From Squalus acanthias (Eukaryota): a stretch of 64,000 bases of DNA. Under the pieces are notes generated by a model, which did no database searches, was not told the origin of the DNA, and saw only the letters and a program-made list of their open reading frames with translations. The stretch lies in NCBI GenBank assembly GCA_030390025.1, contig CM059432.1, positions 18,478,001 through 18,542,000 on the forward strand, given 5' to 3'. The position numbers and the translations under genes were made by a program. Positions 1 to 13,123 of the stretch are shown here, piece after piece; the stretch's first letter is position 1, and each line of letters begins with the position of its first letter.

Positions 1-578
1 GGGATAGTAATAGTGTAAAGGGCAGAGAGGGAGAAGAATTTCTGAAGTGTGTTCAGGAGAGCTTTCTTGATCAGTACGTTTCCGGCCCGAGGAAGGAGGC
101 ATTGCCGGATCTGGTTCTGTGGAATGAGGTGGGTCAAGTGGAGCAAGTGTCAGTAGGGGAACATTTAGGGAACAGTGATCATAGTATCATAAGGTTTAGA
201 TTAGCTTTGGAAAAGGACAGGGAGCAATCTAAAGTAAAAATACTTAATTGGAGGAAGGCCAATTTCAGTGGGTTGAAAATGGATCTGGCCCGGGTGAATT
301 GGAATCAAAGATTGGCAGGCAAAACTGTAGTCAAAAAATGAGCTGCCTTTAAAGAGGAGAAGGTTTGGGTACTGTCGAGGTACATTCCCACAAGGGGGAA
401 AGGTAGGGCAACTGAAACCAGAGCTCCCTGGATGATAAAAACGATAGAGAGTAAGATGAAGCAGAAAAAGGGGGAGTATGACAGATGTCAGGTTGAGAAT
501 ATAAGTGAGAACCAGGCTGAATATAGAAAGTTTGGGGGGGAAGTGAAAAAGGAAATATGAGGGGCAAAGAGAGGGTAT
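1..578 (+). mobile_element. CR1 LINE fragment (end of APE endonuclease/linker); continues at 3392 after an insertion
   Basis: Translation DLVL..VGEHLGNSDHSII is the APE SDH motif; sequence resumes colinearly at 3392. Confidence 0.9.
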
Positions 579-3391
579 TGAAGGGATAATTACTAGTCCT
601 AGCCCTTTTTGGGCCACCCCGGATCAGGCGTATTCCCCAGACGTTCACCTTCAACTAAAGTTAGAGATAGCCGAATCCTATAAGACGCTTAATTGGTTCT
701 AAAGGTCCAGACTATCACTCCCTAAAGGAAAGGAATGACTTGAAGATGTTACCGTCCTCCAGATAGCACTTTTAATAAGTTTAACTGGACTGTAACCTTC
801 CGGATATTATGAGGGTCCGGAAAACTCCCCCAGAATTCTGCAACTCCTCACCAAAGAGTGTACAGAGATTGAGTTCACGAGTTTGATACAGAAGTACTAT
901 GTGAGCCAATTCTAAAAATATATAGATTTATTAAAGAACCGACATGTAGTTAACAACTGGTGATTCAATCGCAACTTTAACAGTTCAAAATACAAATAGC
1001 TGTAGAATTCGCAATATATCGCGATTTTATAAATAAGGAGAAAACACATAGTTTCGTTCAAACAGCTTTATTTCAGCAGAATGCTGTCAGGTTTTCAAAG
1101 TGGACACAAGCAGCCTGTAAAATGGCCGCCAAGCATCGTGGCAGAAGCTTCCAGAATACAGTGGGCAGACAAGATGGCGTTCGAATAAACATTTCAGTAT
1201 CAGATTGGTTAATACGCAGCAAACACTGATAAAGACAGGATGCAACCTGTCTGCATTCGACACAATAGCAAAGATATAAGTGCTGGAATCATTTTCCATG
1301 CACAAGTAAGGACCATTGTAATGGGCAATCGAAGGCCCATCCAGACACAGCAATACACATATCAGTATTCGAGAAGGCCCCAAACCCAGTCAGGGAGACT
1401 CCTAGCCGGCTCGACAATGGGGAAAACATTAACGGCTACTTGGCCAGTTTAAGGTGCTACCGAAACCCATTAAAGGAAAGAATCGCCCCATGCTGGGAGT
1501 TTTGTGCACCAGCATTTCACAAAGGACAAACATTAAGATTTGAGCGGGAGATAAGGGAACACAGCACTATAACTATAGTGAACAAATGTCCATCAAGGGC
1601 TTATTCTCTGGATTGGACTCTTGACTCGGGCTGGACTCTTGACTGATTGATCTCGCTGATGACTGCTGAACTTTTATTCTCCTATTCTGATCCTCGGGTA
1701 TCGCTCTGCTGGACGAGCAGCCTTCTGTTTTTCTCTGGACTCTGTTGACTACGAGACGAGACGAGAAGAAGAGGAGAAGAATCCACGTACCGCCACGGTC
1801 AGTAAACCCCGACCGCGCCGAAAATACAAGAAAGAACTGCAGCGAAACGAGCCGAGTGCCTTACTTTAAAATTCTCCGAGTTATCACGAGTGGTGAGCAT
1901 GAGTCTCGATCCTACCAGTCTAGTTTAGAATAGGTATTGATAGGGGAGGGTTTAAGTTTTAAGGATAACTGTAATGTGTGCCCCCATTTATGATGTGTCG
2001 TTCGTTCCTCGTTTCCCTGAAATTAGTTACATAACTGCGTGTAAGATTGTACTGTCATTAATCTGTGCTTATGACATGTATTTCGTAATCTTGAATAATA
2101 TGCAATAAAGATTTTCCATTTCGTACCATTCAACCGAGTCTACATGAGTTTCATCTCCATTACTGCTCTCGCACCTAAGTCCAGTGTCTAGAACCGTAAG
2201 GGCGAGTGATTCGAACCACTCACAGGTGTGTCTAGTGCTCCCAGACTGGCTGGAGACCAGAACAGGCAACAAGGCCTAAACCCGCACTGACATACAGGCT
2301 GCACAGAGCCACGTGAATCTCACAGGCTGAGAGACACGTCAAGAGAAACCCTTATATAGCTTACATTTCTTATTCTCAGAGATCCTTATTCTCAAATCTT
2401 AACTTCATTATAATTTTACATTTCTACTTATTCTTAATCCAGAATATCCAAAAAAATCAAATACAAGTACCTTTGATCACCCGAGACTCAAAGAGTTGTA
2501 AACTTACAGAGCTTGCCTCTGAAGTTGAGAATCGCTTGCCCCTTCCAGCGACTTCTGTTTTCCCATTTGAAAATCCTATCTTTTATACTCTTTCTCAGTG
2601 GTATATCCTTTGAAGTCTTCTGCTGATGTAAGCTAATTATCTCTAGTCATATTTCTGTTGACTTCTTTCTATTCTTACTGTCAGTTCAGCTGTTAGCTTG
2701 CAGACTTGTGTCTGCTGTGTAGGTGTTCGAAACTTATCATAAAAATGGTTATGACAGATGTATCTATTTGATGCCATTCTTATGAAGGTCTTCCATTCAA
2801 TTCTTAAATCACCTCAGCTGGTTTTAAGCAGACGTCGTGTCTCCTAACTGTTCCAAGTTCAATACAAACACAATGTGATTGCTTGGTGCATCTATTGATG
2901 CCATATTTACAAAGTCTTCTGTTTGTATCTTTTACAACATGTAAATGAAAACCACTTCAACCGAGTGATCTATGCAATTCTTATTTGCCTCAGTTAGTTG
3001 TATTACAGACTTATGTCTCCTGTCTTTCATTTGATGTATATTTATGAAGGCATGGTTCTTTAATGTTCTGTGTTTCTGTTCGAAGTGTTAGTTTATAACA
3101 CTTTCAACTGGGTATAGCTATTGTGTTGGTTCCAAACTGCAGACTATCGGGAACCTCCAACCTGTTGTTTCAATGGGGCTATTGTTTTAGTGTCAACAAC
3201 CAATTCCCATTTCAAAAGCTTGTATGGTGCTTACAGCTTTATGTTAATGACTCATCTTATCTCAGAAGCCTGTATTTACAGCTTTAGCTTGTTAAGGCTT
3301 CGAGATTTTTAAACCCAGTTTGTCAATTTTTAATAATCAAAATTCTTTCATAGGATGGTGTATTTTTCTGAAATATGGCTATTCCTTTACA
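579..3391 (-). mobile_element. 2.8-kb insertion, putative long solo LTR (ERV/LTR retrotransposon)
   Basis: Splits a CR1; TG...CA ends; imperfect terminal inverted repeat (TGAAGGGATAAT / TGTAAAGGAAT); flanks GTAT/ATAT; minus-strand TATA-like (2352, 2581) and AATAAA (927, 1067) motifs; diverged ~120-bp repeats at 2660-3060. Confidence 0.6.
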
Positions 3392-5240
3392 ATATGAGAA
3401 TAGAATGGCAGCTAACATAAAAGGTAATCTAAAAGTTTTCTAAAGGTATATAAATAGTAAATGGGTAGTAAGAGGAGGGTTGGTGCCAATTCGGGACCAA
3501 AATGGAGACCTACACATGGAGGCAGAAGGCATGGTTGAGGTACTAAATGAGTACTTTGCATCTGTCTTTACCAAGGAAGAAGATGCTGCCAAAGTCATAG
3601 TGAAAGGGGAAGTAGTTGAGATACTGGATGGGATAAAAATTGATAACGTGGAGGTACTGGAAAGGCTGTCTGTACTTAAAGTTGATAAGTCACCAGGACT
3701 GGATGGAATGCATCCCAGGATGCTGAGGGAGGCAAGGGTGGAAATTGCAAAGGTACTGGCCATAATCTTCCAATCCTCCTTAGATAAGAGGGTGGTGGCA
3801 GAGGACTGCAGAATTGCAAATGTTACACCCTTGTTCAAAAAAGGGTGTAAGGATAAATCCAGCAATTACAGGCCAGTCAGTTTAACCTCGGTAGTGGGGA
3901 AGCTTTTAGAAACAACAATCCTGGACAAAATTAACAGTCACTTGGAAAAGTGTGGATTAATTAAGGAAAGCCAGTATGGATCTGTTAGAGGCAAATCATG
4001 TTTAACTAACTTGATTGAGTTTTTTGATGAGGTAACAGAGAGGGTTGATGAGGGCAATACGGTTGATGTCGTGTTCATGGATTTCAAAAAGGTGTTTGAT
4101 AAAGTGCCACATAATAGGCTTGACAGCAAAGTTGAAGCCCATGGTAAAAGGGATAGTGGCAGCATGGATACGAAATTGGCTAAGTGAAAGGAAACAGAGA
4201 GTAGAGGTGAACGATTGTTTTTCGGGTTGGAGGAAGGTGGTGTTCCCTAGGGCTCGGTTGTAGGACCACTGCTTTTCTTGACATATATTAATGACTTGGA
4301 CTTGGGTGTACAGGGCACAATTTCAAAATTTGCAGATGACACAAAACTTGGAAGTGTAGTGAACAGTGAGGAGGATAGCGATAGAATTCAAGAGGACATA
4401 GACAGGCTGGTGGAATGGGTGGGCACATGGCAGATGAAATTTAACGCAGAAAAGTGCAAAGTGATACATTTTGGTAGGAAGAATGAGGAGAGGTAATATA
4501 AACTAAAGGGTACAATTCTAAAGGGAGTGCATGAACAGAGAGGCCTGGGGGTATATGTGCACAAATCGTTGAAGGTGGCAGGGCAGGTTGAGAAAGCGGT
4601 TAAGAAACATACGGGATCCTGGGCTTCATAAAGAGAGGCATAGAGTACAAAAGCAAGGAAGTTATGATGAACCTTTATAAAACACTGGTTCGGCCTCAAC
4701 TGGAGTATTGTGTCCAATTGTGGGCACCGCATTTTAGGAAGGATATGAAGGCCTTAGAGAGGGTGCAGAAAAGATTTACAGGAATGCTCCCAGGGATGAG
4801 GGACTTCAGTTATGTGGATAGACTGGAGAAGTTAGGGTTGTTCTCCTTAGAGCAGAGAAGGTTGAGAGGAGATTTGATCGAGGTGTTCCAAATCATGAGG
4901 GGTCTAGACAGAGTAGATCGAGAGAACTTGTTCCCATTGGTGGAAGAGTCGAGAACCAGAGGACAAAGATTTAAGGTGGTTGGCAGAAGAACCAAAGGCG
5001 ACATGAGGAAAATGTTTTTTACGCAGCGAGTGGTTAGGATCTGGAATGCACTGTCTGAAAGGGTGGTGGAGGCAGATTCAATCGTGGCTTTCAAAAGGGA
5101 ATTGGATAAGTACCTGAAGGAAAAAAAATGCAGGGCTACAGGAAAAGGGCAGGGGAGTGGGACTGGCTGAAGTGCTCTTGCAGAGAGGCGACACGGGCTC
5201 GACAGGCTGAATGGCCTCCTCCTGTGCTGTAACCATTCTA
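3392..5240 (+). mobile_element. CR1 LINE ORF2 (RT) and 3' end, decayed
   Basis: ORFs with [30 protein letters not shown] motifs broken by frameshifts and stops; 3' tail ending ATTCTATGA. Confidence 0.95.
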
Positions 5241-6960
5241 TGAACATAAGAACATAAGAAATAGGAGCAGGAATAGGGCACTTGACCCCTCGAGCCTGCT
5301 CCGCCATTCAATAGATCACGGCTGATCTTGGGCTCAAAACCACTTCCCTGCCCGCTCCCCATAACCCTTCACTCCCTTATCTTGCAAAAATCTGTCTATC
5401 TCCACTTTAAATGTATTTAATGACCCAGCCTCCACAGCTCTCTGGGCAGAGAATTCCACCGATTTACGACCCTCTGAGAGAAGAAATTCCTCCTTATCTC
5501 AGTTCTAAAAGGGCAACCTTTTATTCTGAAACTATGCCCCCGAGTTCTAGATTTCCCCACGAGGGGAAACATCCTCTCTGCATCTACCTTGTCGAGCCCC
5601 CTCAGTATCTTTTATGTTTCAATAAGATCACCTCTCATTCTTCTAAAGTCCAATGAGTATAGGCCCAATCTGCTCAACCTTTCGTCATAAGTCAACCCCC
5701 TCATCTCTGGAATTAACCTAGTGAATCATCTCTGAACTGCCTCCAATGCAAGTATATCCTTCCTTAAATAAGGAGACCAAAACTGTATGCAGTACTCAAG
5801 GTGTGGTCTCACCAATACCCTGTACAGTTGTAGCAGGACTTCCCTGCTTTGCTTTTATACTCCAACCCCCTTGAAATAAAGGCCAACATTCCATTTGCCT
5901 TTTTGATTACTTGCTGTACTTGCATGCTAACTTTTTATGTTTCATGCACAAGGACCCCCAGGTCCCTCTGAACTGTAGCATTTTGTAATCTCTCTCCATT
6001 TAAATAATAATAATTTGCTTTTTTATTTTTCCTGCCAAAGTGGATAACCTCGCACTTTCCCACATTATACTCCATCTGCCAAATGTTTGCCCACTCACTT
6101 AGCCTGTCTATATCCCTTTGCAGATTCTTTGAGTCCTCTGCACAACTTGCTTTCCCACCCATCTTTGTATCATCTGCAAACTTGGCTACATTACACTCTG
6201 TCCCTTCATCCAAGTCATTAATGTAGATTGTAAATAGTTGAGGCCCCAGCACCGATCCCTCTGGCACCCCACTAGTTACCATTTGCCAACCGGAAAATGA
6301 CCCATTTATCCCGACTCTCTGCTTTCTGTTAGTTAGCCAATTCTCTATCCATGCTAATATATTACCCCCAACTCCGTGAGCTCTTATCTTATGCAGTATC
6401 CTTTTATGTGACACCTTATCGAATGCCTTCTGGAAATCCAAATACACCACATCCACTGGCTCACCTTTGTCCACCCTGCTCGTTACATCCTCAAAGAACT
6501 CCAGCAAATTTGTTAAACATGATTTCCCTTTCATAAAACCATGCTGACTCTGCTTGACTGCATTATGATTTTCCAAATGCCCTGCTACTGCTTCCTTAAT
6601 GAGGGACTCCAGCATTTTCCCAATGACAGATGTTAGGCTAACTGGTCTATAGTTTCCTTCTTTCTGTCTCCCTCCTTTCTTAAATAGGGGTGTTACATTT
6701 GCGGTTTTCCAATCCTCTGGGACCTCTCCAGAGTTCAGGGAATTTTGGTATATTGCAACCAATGCATCCACTATCTCTGCAGCCACTTCTTTTAAGACCC
6801 TGGGATGCAGGCCATCTGGTCCAGGGGACTTGTTGTCTTTTAGTCCCATTATTTTACCAAGTACTATTTCCTTAGTCATGATGCGGATTATTTCCTTAGT
6901 GATAGTGATTGTCTTTAGTTCCCCCCTCCCTGTGGCCCCTTGATTCTATGATTGTACGAT
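5241..6960 (-). mobile_element. CR1 (HER1-like) LINE, 5'-truncated
   Basis: 314-aa RT ORF 5935-6879 (PGPDG, QHGF, GSVLGP, FADD); TTCTTATG-type tail at 5241. Confidence 0.95.
6865..6900 (-). mobile_element. 12-nt Penelope-like micro-insertion flanked by a 12-bp TSD
   Basis: TATTTCCTTAGT (6865-6876) + CATGATGCGGAT + TATTTCCTTAGT (6889-6900); GTCATGATGCGGA is identical to 63223-63235, the terminus of the Penelope-like insertion. Confidence 0.65.
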
Positions 6961-7366
6961 TCATTCTAGTCTTTTGGTCGCATGCTTTTACCACAAGTTG
7001 TTGGGGAAATGTAACTTGTCATACATATGTTAACCCATCAAGATTTGCACTTTCTGTTTTAATGCACTGCCATCAAAGTTTGTGAATTTAGAGATTAATG
7101 AAGTTCTTTTGTTCTCTAACTGTTAACTTCATTGCAAGAGCAGGTAACAGGATATCACTGAGGAATTGTGTGGTGTAATGGTGGAGTTGCCCCCAAAAAA
7201 AATGACTGCAGGAACTTGCAGTTAATGAGAGAGTTCCAGACTGTCACTCAACAGATTTTTATTGATATTCTTTTTCTTTCTGTATCCACTGAAGCCTCAG
7301 AGAAGGGCAGGATATTGACACTTTAGTCACAAAGCTCTTGTCTGCTTCCAAACTAACGAACCACTA

Positions 7367-7615
7367 GGGAAATAAATTGGCTGCACCGAGCGGCATAGTG
7401 TTACTAAATGTTACAGGAGCAGCTATCAGACTTTGATATCTTTCAAATAACTTCAGGAGATATTGAATCGGGCGCCACAAGGTCATTGGATGTATTCAAT
7501 GAGAAAGCGCGAAGTGGTAGATCTGTAACGCTCTCCGCTGCCCTGCTATTTTATAACTTAACTGGAGGAATTTTGGATACATTTGACAGAAGACAGTGGC
7601 GCCAATTTAGACTCT
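7367..7615. mobile_element. Possible old Harbinger-type MITE
   Basis: Degenerate TIRs GGGAAATAAATTGG / rc GAGTCTAAATTGG. Confidence 0.35.
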
Positions 7616-7719
7616 GGGCCAACTCTGGCGGGCGACAGGTCGGGCAATCGCGATACCCCACTGATGGCTGAGTGTCATTTAGATGATGCTGCTGAGCTTC
7701 GAGGGGGGCCAGACATTGT

Positions 7720-9630
7720 GGCCGCGATTCTACCGGCGCTCAGAGGGCGGGTTTGGAGGTGGGTCATGGGGTTAAAACTGAAATGATTGACGGCGGGTTC
7801 CGAACCCGCCGCGAACCCGCCTCCGCGCCACTTTCCCATGTGTTGGGTCTGCGATTTAAAAACAGACCCGACACCAGTCGGCGGGTGAGGGGTTAAAGGC
7901 ACTTAACTGCTTGTTGAGTGCTTGTTTAGAGCTATTTTGAGACCACTTTTCAATTTTCCTACTTTTGGGTCGGGTTTCACGATGTTTGCAGAACACGCCA
8001 GGTAAGTGTGTCAGGAACACCGAGGAGCTGGAAACTGCATAGCTGCAACTGAAAGGGGGGCTCTTCCTGGATGGCCCCAGAGGCTCAGCATCTACATGCA
8101 GCTGAGCAGAGCTAGGAGCATCCTGCGGCCTCCGGCAAGGACTCTCCTCTGCTGTCCCTGTCTCCACCATCTGCTCTTCTTCACTTGTGAGTTGTGATAC
8201 ACCAGGTGACAGCACTAATCTATCTCGCAAACTACCCACCGAGGTGTGCATCTCTGCGCTGGTGCTGGGTGCACTCATTTCTGCTGACGCTGCTTCCTCA
8301 AAGGATGGAGGTTCCTCTGAGGAGTCCTCCTGCTCTTCTTCCTGGACAGTAGGGAGGGGGGCTCTTGATGGTCCTGTGGGAGAGTAAAGACATGAGTTAC
8401 ACATGTAATATGTAGATCGCAGACACATACCATTGTGCACATGATCATGACCACATTTATATGAACATCAGATCCCATAATCGTCACTCATGAATGCCAA
8501 ATCAGATGTCTAGAAAATAATTCTGTCACCAGGTTGCTCGACTGAGCCCATCTCTCCGTCCCCCACTTCCAGCTTCTCAGGACTCCAGCAATGTGTGGAG
8601 CTACCTCCTCAGCGTTGGTCAGCTGCGCCACGGATGGTGGTTCCCCTCCTGTTCTCCTCCTCTCCCTCTTATTGTGGGCTCTCCTTTCCTGCAATGAGGG
8701 AAAGAAGTGGAGTTTCAGTGAGAGCGATGAATGAGTGTGTAGAATGGATAGGATAGATGTTTGGAGGAGACTACGATGGAGTGGGTTCCCATTAGCAAGT
8801 TCCCTCTTTTTGAGTTGCTAGTTGTTGTTATTGCATAGCCATGAGGTGGGTGTGAGGGGTGCATAGTTAGATGGGGTAGTGAATCTGTACATAGGGAGAG
8901 AGGGAAGGTTGATGGTGCAAGTGATGCCGGGTTGAGTGAGGATGTGCAGGGGTAGGGTTGACAATGCAGAGTGATGGGGATGTGATGACAGGCACAGCAG
9001 AATTAAGGGAATTGTGCTTTTATACTCACTTTTCCTGTGCGCAGGAGATCATTGAACCTCTTCCTGCATTGACTCCGTGTGTGTCTTTCCATTGACCTGG
9101 CATTGACCTCCCCAGCTATTTCCCGGGAACAGGACCTCACGACGAGCTCTGACTCCCTCAACAAGTACATGCAGGGATTCCTCATTGAATTAGCAAAAAT
9201 TGTGTCGGAAGGCTGGCAGAGGCCGGCAGCAGGTCCAGAACCCGTCGAGCTCCGTTCCTGACGCCAACCCACCTCCACGCACAGAATCGCGGCCTGTATG
9301 TTAAAGGATTGGGGGGGGGGGGGGGTGCTGGGGGAGCGGGGGGAGAGACAATCGCAGGAGGGATGGTGCAGACAAAAATCATGCACAAAACTTTTACTTA
9401 CCTGTTTCTGGAGTGGCCGGCGGTGGACCCTTTAAGGACTGCTGGTTAGGCCGCGCACGCTCGCCAGTTGGTACATCCAAATTGCAACGGGGTCCTAAGA
9501 CTTCCATAGGACCCCAATTTGCATATTATTAGTAGGCTCCCACCTGAAACACGTGGTTGCCTGGGCCACCCATTTGAAGATCCCAGCGAAAACGTTCGCG
9601 GGCGCTTTAGGAAGGGGGACGGAAATTGCC
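7720..9630 (-). mobile_element. Decayed non-autonomous PIF/Harbinger element retaining a Myb/SANT-like gene remnant
   Basis: GC-rich subterminal regions; internal Myb-like exons; ends degenerate. Confidence 0.7.
8040..9180 (-). pseudogene. Harbinger Myb/SANT-like protein pseudogene (3 exon remnants: ~9180-9030, 8688-8530, 8373-~8040)
   Basis: REIAGEVNARS..RTRSQCRKRFNDL-like exon then GT; AG then ERRAHNKRERRRTGG; acidic third exon; same exon layout as 50833-52802. Confidence 0.8.
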
Positions 9631-10034
9631 AATGGTGAGACATTTGATATGAAACAACATTATGTTGATTTTAAATATGAATTTACTTGTTAAATGTTCC
9701 ATCGTCACTGCCCTTGAATTTCAAATTGTTAGAAGCTGTGGAATTTGTTTTGTTTGTACCTTAGTGTCATTAATCACACGGATATGTCCTGCCCCTTCAT
9801 GTCCGAACGTACTGTTTTCCATAATGCTATTGCTTGAGGTTCTAAAGATCTTCCTGATATGGTCTTGGCTTTCCCCAGTACATAATCCGAGCTTCTCCTG
9901 TTGAGGAGAAGATAACCAGCCTACATAAATTGTGGAGAATTAGAAAATTCGCAAGATATATTAAATATGGCTGAAAGGACATTTGGAGCAAACTTGAATT
10001 GTCATTATTTGCACTGCTGATGCTAAGAACACTT

Positions 10035-10412
10035 CATGGAGTCAAGGTATTGAAGGTAAAGTTTACTTAGTTGTAGCTTGAGGAATTTTATGGAAATTTA
10101 AATCTATTCCCCAAAGATACCACGCACACTGCCAGCACTTAAAAAGGACATTACCACAAAATGGGTTGGCACAAGATCGCTACTTACAGAGCCCTGACTA
10201 TTTGGAAAAGAGAATATCTGGGATGCTATGATGTTATGTTTCCATCCCTATTTCCATAATTGTGACATGAAAACTCAGGACAACATTGGTGGAGTAGTGG
10301 ATTAGATAAAAAGGTGCTTACACATTGCCATAACCATTAGCATCACAGAGTGTGAAGAGTAACAGTACTTAACTCCCCTCTAACCGGAATAAATCTCCCC
10401 CTTTGTTCAAAG
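10035..10412 (+). repeat. Unclassified ~400-bp dispersed repeat, copy 1
   Basis: Colinear, diverged match to 16152-16551, e.g. CCAAAGATACCACGCACACTGCCAGCACTTAAAAAGG identical. Confidence 0.85.
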
Positions 10413-10418
10413 ACACAT

Positions 10419-10439
10419 CCACACACACACACACACACA
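10419..10439. repeat. (CA)n microsatellite
   Basis: Direct reading. Confidence 0.9.
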
Positions 10440-10933
10440 ACTAAAATCAGTTACTGAAGCACAGATAGACCATAAATTGGTGACAAAAAGAGCATATATT
10501 AAACAGGCTATTACTTATGCTATACCTTACAAGGTGTTGACTAGGAATAAAACTCTTGTTATATAGTCAACATTAACAATACTGTACCCTTTAATGCTAT
10601 AAAATCAATCTACTGATAACTAAGGGACAGAAGGTACAGCTGGAAAATGGCATAAAAATAAACTGATAACTGTTCTGTCAATGTAACCTGTTGCAGGGTA
10701 GACTTGCTTTCCGCTATAGATGAAAATATTATGATAGGTAAGCATTATTTTACTCCAAAGCTTAAATTTTTTATATATACATTTTTTTAAAAGGCTGATC
10801 CTAATCTCTTGCATCTTCCTCCATATCTTTTCATTCACTGATTGGCTGCGATCTCATGTCCTGTGCCCCCTTGAGTAACAGTTCATATCTATCTTATATT
10901 GAAATAAGTTAGATGAATCGATGAATCGATCCA

Positions 10934-11707
10934 TGTATGTCTAAGATTTAGATCACAGGTCACATACTGATTACCCAGAGGGTCTTAGGAGTTGTAAAGC
11001 ATTTTATTAACGAGCTACAGTTTAAGCATAATCAGATACTACATGTAATTGAAATAGATACAGTAGACAAACACCTCGTGAGAGATGAGAGCGATCTACG
11101 GCCCTGGAACGGAATGAAACGACCGGATGAACGGACAGATGGTGAGGTAGTACGGTGGTCTCGGATTGGATGGATTCCTGCAGTCTGTGGCAGTGGTCAC
11201 TTCCGTTGGGTCATCCCTCGAGCTGTTGGAGGTGTTAGGCCGTAGCCAACATCGATCCACCTCAGAGGCTAAACTTGACCAAGGTGTTAGGACGTAGCCA
11301 GCATGCATCCACCTTGGAGAAGCCTTCGCCCCTAACTGCCTGTTTTCCTCTCTCGGTCACCCATTTTTATACCTTATTTCGATGGGCTGGTGGATACCTG
11401 GTGTCAATCATTTTTACCCATCCCATTGTCCAATTACAAGGGAGAGGGTACCTCTGACAGGCCCCCTCCCATCTTGCTGAGGTCAGCTATTTCCCTATCT
11501 CTGTTCTAAATGTCTTGTGTTTCTAAAGACATCTTGCTTATCCTACCGGCTCCTTGCTGTCCTCCTTCTCAGTTTAGGTATGTCTGCTGGGAGGCCTGTC
11601 CTTGTGATGATCTGATGTGACCAGAATTCTCTCTAGGTCATCAGCCGGCCCTCATCTGCTGAGTTGGCAAACCTACTTTTTGCAGATTCGTTATTCCTTT
11701 TATAACT
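10934..11707 (-). mobile_element. Putative solo LTR (~770 bp)
   Basis: Minus strand starts AGTTATAAAAGGAAT and ends ...CATACA; TATAAAAA at ~11364-11371; AATAAA at ~11003-11008; flanks TCCA/TGCA. Confidence 0.55.
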
Positions 11708-12317
11708 TGCAATTTCTTTGAGTTTAAGGATTTCTTACATATGGCACTTGTCATTTAATGCGGTGAAGTGCAGTGTTAGGCACTTAGTGTTAGGAGGCTC
11801 TAGGCATGTTAATCAAATGCAAGGGCATCTTTTAATGGTAATGGATCAAGAAAGAGGGGTGGTAGTCAATCACTCATTAAGATCCACAAGCAGTTTGACG
11901 TGGTTGTAGGAAGAACATATAGGGTTTTAGGTTGCATTGCTAAGACCATTAAGCACAAATCAAAGCGTACTATACTTAGACTATATAGACTCTGAAACTT
12001 GGGTGGTGAATTTCAGTGGGGCTTCTCCCATTCTGGCTATTACATGTATAAATATGGTTTCAGCCAAACCTTTGGCATATTCTTCTCATAGACAGCTCAT
12101 ATCCCATCTTATGTTGTAAACCCTTCAAAGGGAGCTTATATCCCATCTTACATGCATGCTCCTCACTGACAGCTCATATCCAGTCTCATTCTGGACTGGT
12201 CTAGGGGTTCCCTACAGTACAGCCCTGGGAGAGTGTAGAGGATAGTGGTGTTATACTACCTCCTACATAACTTTATCCTGCAACGGGGAGAGCTACTGTT
12301 GGTGACAGATGAAGATG

Positions 12318-12762
12318 ATTGATTCCTGGGACGAGAGGGCTGTCCTATGTTGAGAGATTGTGTAGAATGGGCCTATACTCTCTGGAGTTTAGAAGAATGA
12401 GAGGTGATCTCATTGAAACATACAAGATTCTGAAGGGGATTGACAGGGTAGACGCTGAGAGGTTGTTACCCCTGGCTGGAGTGTCTAGAACTAGGGGTCA
12501 TAGTCTCAGGATAAGGAGTAGGCCATTTAAGACTGAGATGAGGAAGAATTTCTTCATTCAGAGGGTTGTGAATCTTTGAATTCCCTGCCCCAGAGGGCTG
12601 AGAATGCTGAGTCTTTGAGTATATTCAAGGCTGAGATAGATAGATTTTTGGACTCTTGGGGAATCAAGGGATATGGAGATCGGGCGGGAAAGTAGAGTTG
12701 AGGTCGATGATTAGCTCGAGGGGCCGTATGGCCTACTCCTGCTCTTACTTCTTATGTTCTAA
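12318..12762 (+). mobile_element. CR1 LINE 3' fragment
   Basis: LYSLEFRRMRGDLIETYK..TRGH motif and HER1-type tail. Confidence 0.92.
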
Positions 12763-13123
12763 GAGGATGAAGCTGGTGAGTTGCAGATGGCAGCAACAGT
12801 AGAAGATCTGCAACATCAGCCCACAGCCAGAGCTGTACGCCAGCAACTCATTGATCATCGCTTCTTCTGAAATACTTCTTCCGCCCATCTCCATACCCCC
12901 TACTTCCTGCCCAGAGCATCACGTGAACCAATCTATCATTCCCCCAATGAGGAACGTCCATCCCACTATCATTCATGTACATGCCAGCTTGCTTTGCCAA
13001 GTCTACACCTACTTTAGAAATAGTCTGCAAACTACATCATCAAGTGAAAGGGTGTTAACAAGTGGCAAAAGAAATAATAAGCACCCAGGTACCAGACCAT
13101 GTTTCTTTTTTCTCTCTTAAAAT

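Noticed and set aside
1087..1383. 98-aa Cys-rich ORF with signal-peptide-like start inside the 2.8-kb insertion
   Set aside because: Starts at TTG, has no recognisable homology, and its length is compatible with chance.
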